Assembly (NCBI GenBank): GCA_041640595.1
Contig: JBEPZY010000003.1
Location: 316,242-380,241, forward strand
Reading direction: 5' to 3'
Source of the DNA: Gemmatales bacterium
GTDB lineage: Bacteria; Planctomycetota; Planctomycetia; Gemmatales; HRBIN36
Length of the DNA: 64,000 nucleotides
The position numbers were made by a program, and so were the translations under genes. Of the stretch, positions 59,618 through 64,000 are shown piece after piece; position 1 is the first letter of the stretch, and each line of letters opens with the position of its first letter. The notes beneath the pieces were generated by a model. The model was not told the origin of the DNA, made no database searches, and saw nothing but the letters and a program-made list of their open reading frames with translations.

Positions 59618-61303
59618 ATGTATCGGCGAATGTTACCGCTGGCGCTCGCGTGTCTGGTCGGCCTGACCGTCCAGCCAGCTCTCCAGGCTGCACAGGACCT
59701 TACCGGAACCTGGAAACTCACGGTCTATTTCCCGACCAGCGAGATGGACCTGTGCCTGCTCAAGATCATCCGTGAAGACAATCAGCAGTGGCGGGCTACT
59801 GTTATCGCTCGCGGTCTGCAGGGTGTCGAGCGCCTCACTGCCGAGAAGATCGAGGTGCTGCCCGACCGCCTCAAAATCGTACTGGATGTCGGCGGCGAAA
59901 CGTTTGTAATGACTGCCCGACTTCCCGACGCGAAAAGTACTAAGCTGTACGCTTCGCTGACACGTCGGGCGGACCTTGCCTGGCCTGCCATTCTGGAACG
60001 CACGGAGGCAAATGATTTCGCCGGTCAGAAAACGACCCGGCAGTCGGCTGCGCATGAAGCCTATATCAAGGCCGGCCGGACCGCTAATGTCGAACAGCAG
60101 CGCGACCTGCTCCGCGAATTGCTCAAGCAACATGGCGATCATCCCGTAGCCATCTACGCTGCGGTGCGGCTCGTGGATCATGCCGCTGATTACGAGGATG
60201 ATCGCAAGATCACGCAGACTCTGGCTCAGGATAGCCTGCAACGGGCCGAAATCTTTGGCCGGGACATGGTGCGGTCGGTGGCCTGGCAACTCGGCCAGAT
60301 TCTGCTGCAGTCGGCAAAAGCCCGAGCGCTGGCGGCCAGCTATATCCAGAAGGCCGTCGAATTATTCGATGCAGATACCCCGGCCGACTTTCAGGAACGT
60401 GCTTACAAGGCACTGGCAAAAGCCTATCGCGCAGCCGGTGAACCACAGCGTGCGGAAGCACTGACGGCCAAAATTGCCGAACTCGAAAAGCAAGCCGATA
60501 CGGAATATCGCCGCAAGATGCCGCCGTTCAAAATTACCCCTGCTCAGCCTCGGGACGCAGAGGGCCGCGCGGTCGTATTAGAACTCTTTACCGGTACACA
60601 ATGTCCGCCTTGTGTGGCCGCAGATGTTGCCTGCGATGCCATTGCTCAGACCTACCCGACCAGCGAGGTGATTTTGTTGCAGTACCACCTGCATATCCCG
60701 GGCCCCGATCCGCTGACCAATCCGGAGACGGAACGGCGAAGCGAATTTTACGGCGTCCGCGGCACGCCTACCGCGTTTCTCAACGGCAAACCCACTCCGC
60801 CGCTCGGCGGTGCCCTCGTCCATGCCGAACAGCGTTACCGCACGCTGGTCAAACTCATCGAGGCAGAACGCCAGCAAAAGCCCGCCTGTCGCGTGCAACT
60901 GTCTGCTCATCGCCAGGGCGACCAGCTCGACATCGAGGCAACCGTGACCGGCCTGGCCAACCCGCCCGAAAAAGCCCGACTACTTCTGGTGCTGGTGGAA
61001 GAGGAAGTGCGGTACGCGGCTCCGAACGGCATTCGCTTTCATCATCACGTGGTTCGTGCGTTTCCCGGCGGTCAGCAAGGTTTTGCCCTGCAGAAGGACA
61101 AAACCCACCAGAAAGTGCGGGTGGTGCTGAGCGACCTTCGCAAGGATTTGCACAGCTACCTCAACCGCGTCGCCGACTCCGGGCCATTCCCCGACGATGA
61201 CCGACCCCTGGAATTGCGGAAACTCAAAGTGGTCGCCCTCATCCAGGACCTCGCCACCCGCGAAATCCTCCACGCCACTATCACCGCCATCCCGGCAGAG
61301 TGA
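59618..61303 (+). CDS. Secreted protein with helical repeats and a thioredoxin-like CPPC domain (Omp28/DUF1223-like)
   Basis: AAGGAG RBS; signal peptide; ELFTGTQCPPC, YHLHIPGPDP, GTPT, NGIRFHHHVVR. Confidence 0.82.
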   Translation: MYRRMLPLALACLVGLTVQPALQAAQDLTGTWKLTVYFPTSEMDLCLLKIIREDNQQWRATVIARGLQGVERLTAEKIEVLPDRLKIVLDVGGETFVMTARLPDAKSTKLYASLTRRADLAWPAILERTEANDFAGQKTTRQSAAHEAYIKAGRTANVEQQRDLLRELLKQHGDHPVAIYAAVRLVDHAADYEDDRKITQTLAQDSLQRAEIFGRDMVRSVAWQLGQILLQSAKARALAASYIQKAVELFDADTPADFQERAYKALAKAYRAAGEPQRAEALTAKIAELEKQADTEYRRKMPPFKITPAQPRDAEGRAVVLELFTGTQCPPCVAADVACDAIAQTYPTSEVILLQYHLHIPGPDPLTNPETERRSEFYGVRGTPTAFLNGKPTPPLGGALVHAEQRYRTLVKLIEAERQQKPACRVQLSAHRQGDQLDIEATVTGLANPPEKARLLLVLVEEEVRYAAPNGIRFHHHVVRAFPGGQQGFALQKDKTHQKVRVVLSDLRKDLHSYLNRVADSGPFPDDDRPLELRKLKVVALIQDLATREILHATITAIPAE

Positions 61304-62477
61304 CGGGCGGTGGTGGTGGTGGTGGTAAAAAAGGAGAAGGACGATGATTGTCGTCGAGTGGGTATCTCGGCAGAGTGACGGGCAGTGGTGGTGGTTGTGG
61401 TAGTGGTCGTGGCGCGAAATCCTCCACCTCGGATTTGCGAGCAGTACACCCCCGGTCACAGAGGAGAAGGAGAAAGATTATGACCACTATGTACCCTATT
61501 ATCGACTGTAAATCCCAAGGGTCACCAGAATTCGGATTGCCGGACTTTGCTGGCGGTGGGGTTTCGGCATCCTGTACTCCCCTAAGCTTACGTACCCTTT
61601 GCCGCTTGGACGTGCTTTGCCGCTTGGACGTGGTTTCGGCATCCTGTACTCCCCTAAGCTTACGTACCCACTCGCGGGCTGGGCGGCGTCTCCAGCGTTT
61701 GCCTGCTCCGGGCTGGAGCAGTTCGTCCAGACAGGCGATCTCCGCCGCGCTCAACCCTTCGCGCTCGTACTCTCCGCGCTCTTCCCGCTTGATGATCTCC
61801 ACGACATTCTCGCCGAACGGCTGCCGTCCCGTCCGCAAGCGCACATAGGTCGCGCACAACGCATATACATCTACCCAGTCCACCAGCGTGCCCTGGTAAC
61901 ACTCTGGCGGAAGATAACCGAGCGTCCCGACGCCCGAATGCGATACCGTGCTCAGTCCCATCTGCTTGACCAGCCCGAAATCGCCTACCTTCACGTGCCC
62001 GTGTACCAGAAACAGATTCCGCGGGTTGATGTCGCGGTGGTAAATACCGCGTTCATTGAGAAAATCAATCGCCTCGGCTGCCTCCTCCATCCAGGGAAGC
62101 AACTCCTGAGCAGAAAACGGCCCACGCCCATCAATGAGCCGCTCTTGCAGGGCACTTTCCAGCGTCTCGTCCGCCAGTTCCCAGACCGTTACCACATGAC
62201 CCAACGCCGTACCGAACCTCACGAGTTGCAACAGGTGCGGATGGCCATTCAGATCCCGCACCATCTTCAGGGCATTCCATTCGTGCTCATCCACCTCCAC
62301 GGGGTCTTTGCTGATTTTGACTGCCCGCTGCAAGCCGTCAATTTCCTCGCGGAACACGTAATTGAACCCGCCGTCGCCGAGCGGATTATCCAGCTTCCAG
62401 CCATACCGTTTCCGCAACACGTCGATCACCTGAGCAATCGAATGCCGACGCCCTTCCCGCCCGGATGCACCAGCCAT
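61281..62477 (-). CDS. Ser/Thr protein kinase with TM segment and duplicated C-terminal segments
   Basis: LGDGGF, AVKI, HRDINPRN, DFGL, YLPPE; overlaps the convergent gene by 23 bp. Confidence 0.8.
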   Translation of the reverse strand: MAGASGREGRRHSIAQVIDVLRKRYGWKLDNPLGDGGFNYVFREEIDGLQRAVKISKDPVEVDEHEWNALKMVRDLNGHPHLLQLVRFGTALGHVVTVWELADETLESALQERLIDGRGPFSAQELLPWMEEAAEAIDFLNERGIYHRDINPRNLFLVHGHVKVGDFGLVKQMGLSTVSHSGVGTLGYLPPECYQGTLVDWVDVYALCATYVRLRTGRQPFGENVVEIIKREERGEYEREGLSAAEIACLDELLQPGAGKRWRRRPAREWVRKLRGVQDAETTSKRQSTSKRQRVRKLRGVQDAETPPPAKSGNPNSGDPWDLQSIIGYIVVIIFLLLLCDRGCTARKSEVEDFAPRPLPQPPPLPVTLPRYPLDDNHRPSPFLPPPPPPPVTLPGWR

Positions 62478-62680
62478 AGGCGACCTCCCTCTGTCAGGTG
62501 CGACTTCCCAACGCCGCTATCGCGTTTGCCGCGTCAGTGTCGCATGGTCGTCAGGCTCAGTTCCCGCATCTGGAAAATACGTTCGCAGGCCAATTTCTCC
62601 GACGTAGCCGCGTCGCGTTGTTGTCAGGCAAAGTTCCCGCATCAGCAACATACATTGCCAGCCGCAATGCTTCGACGCGC

Positions 62681-63054
62681 CAGTTTCGTGTTATTATCAG
62701 TTACGCTCCCAGCCACTAGCCACCGGCCACCAGCCACCAGTTTCATGTTATTACCAGTTAGTCTCCCAGCCACTAACCACCGGCCACTAGCCACCAATAG
62801 TTTCGTGTTATTACCAGTTACGCTCCTGGCCACTGGCCATCGGCCACTAGCCACCACCAGTTTCATGTTATTACCAGTTAGTCTCCTGGCCACTAGCCAC
62901 CGGCCACTAGCCGCCAGTTTCGTGTTATTACCAGTTAGTCTCCTGGCCACTAGCCACCGGCCACCAGCCACCACCAGTTTCGTGTTATTACCAGTTAGGC
63001 TCCCAGCCACTAACCACCGGCCACCAGCCACCATCAGTTTCGTGTTATTATCAG
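62681..63054. repeat. Tandem repeat, 57/60 bp unit, 6 full units plus a seventh head
   Basis: (c/t)agtttc(g/a)tgttatta(c/t)cag heads at 62681, 62738, 62798, 62858, 62915, 62975 and 63035; the first six are followed by ccactagccacc-type heptamer tails. Confidence 0.93.
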
Positions 63055-63530
63055 CCAAGTTCCCCGCACTGGCCAACCGCTCGTGGAAGTTTGCCGCATC
63101 AGCAACGGCCAGGTACACCTTTTTGCCAGGCGCGACCCTGGTAGCCTATTGCAAATACCATTGCATCGTTTATCGCCGCCCCGTCTTTATGGCACACGAC
63201 CCAACATTCCATTCTAGCTACCGCCCCAATTCCGCAGAGTCGCTTTGACACCTGCCATGCCGAATATGTGACGTAAAAGTGCGGCTAGCGGTTTGGGCAG
63301 ATGTATGGCCGGCCCTCGGAGTCGCGGTTTGTCCCCGAATGTACGGCGTGAAGACACACCTATCGGTTTCGCCGGGTGTATGGAAAGGCTCGACTTCAGG
63401 TGGTTTCGACCTGAGCGGCCCTCGATGCAGCCGTTGGCGTTGACTGTCCGCTTTTTCCCAGTCGGATGTGCGGATGCGATTGCCAGCGGCGATTGTGTTT
63501 CGTCGGTTCGTTGTGTCTCGGACGATGGCT

Positions 63531-64000
63531 TGCCACGGGGGGCTGACGCCCCCCGCTCTTGTGTTGGTGTGCGGACGTCTGCCGGCGAAAAAACGATGTT
63601 TGCGATGCACGAACGCACGTTACCAGGAGCGGCGGGCGTGAGCCCGCCGTGGGTGGGCGAATGCGCATCGGCAGACACAAGCGCCATTCGTCGGCAGACC
63701 GCCGACGATGTGTGTGCGGATTGCCGTTGCATTCGCGTTTATTAGCGCCACGGGGGGCTGACGCCCCCCGCTCTTGTGTTTCGGTGCGAATGTCTGCCGG
63801 CGAAAAAACGATGTTTGCGATGCACGACGCACATTACCAGGAGCGGCGGGCGTAAGCCCGCCGTGGGTGGGCAAATGCGCATCGGCAGACACAAGCGCCA
63901 TTCGTCGGCAGACCGCCGACGATGTGTGTGCGGATTGCCGTTGCATTCGCGTTTATTAGCGCCACGGGGGGCTGACGCCCCCCGCTCTTGTGTTTCGGTG
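63531..64000. repeat. REP mosaic cluster in ~214 bp tandem units (runs off the window edge)
   Basis: ccacggggggctgacgccccccgctcttgtgtt at 63533, 63748 and 63962, with an inverted REP in each unit. Confidence 0.92.

Noticed and set aside
62681..63054. CRISPR array
   Set aside because: The intervening segments are near-identical to each other, so this is a tandem repeat rather than unique spacers.
61599..63248. 549 aa plus-strand ORF
   Set aside because: Antisense to the kinase and extended only by the stop-free tandem repeat.

Overview
GC-rich bacterial chromosome segment, most likely a planctomycete of the Gemmata-like group. This is inferred from three LEPR-XLL-type secreted proteins, a TIGR03000-type domain, a PQQ/heme-c dehydrogenase and Ser/Thr kinases. 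The backbone is housekeeping and proteostasis genes: mcsA-mcsA-mcsB, yidD, clpB-hsp20-lon, an HtrA pair, apbE, trxB, glyQS and dapF. An accessory island at ~7.6-15 kb holds a sacsin-like ATPase/DUF3883 gene next to attC-like hairpins, a one-spacer CRISPR array, a heme-c protein gene and an IS4 remnant. Highlights: (1) An orphan three-repeat CRISPR-like array (36997-37181) has a second spacer that is the 5' end of a tRNA gene. (2) A phage-like five-gene module (43.9-46.8 kb) sits behind three palindromic operators. One of its genes has an in-frame TGA in a (U)xxGxC motif followed by a SECIS-like hairpin (candidate selenoprotein) and is fused in frame to a holin-like peptide. (3) Several 38-39 bp duplications enclose a 34-36 bp insert, the geometry expected from off-target Cas1-Cas2 integration. 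(4) Large mosaic clusters of a REP-like hairpin show compensatory substitutions and shuffled linker modules. No cas, integrase or RAYT gene is in the window. All family calls come from motif recognition by eye, not database searches.
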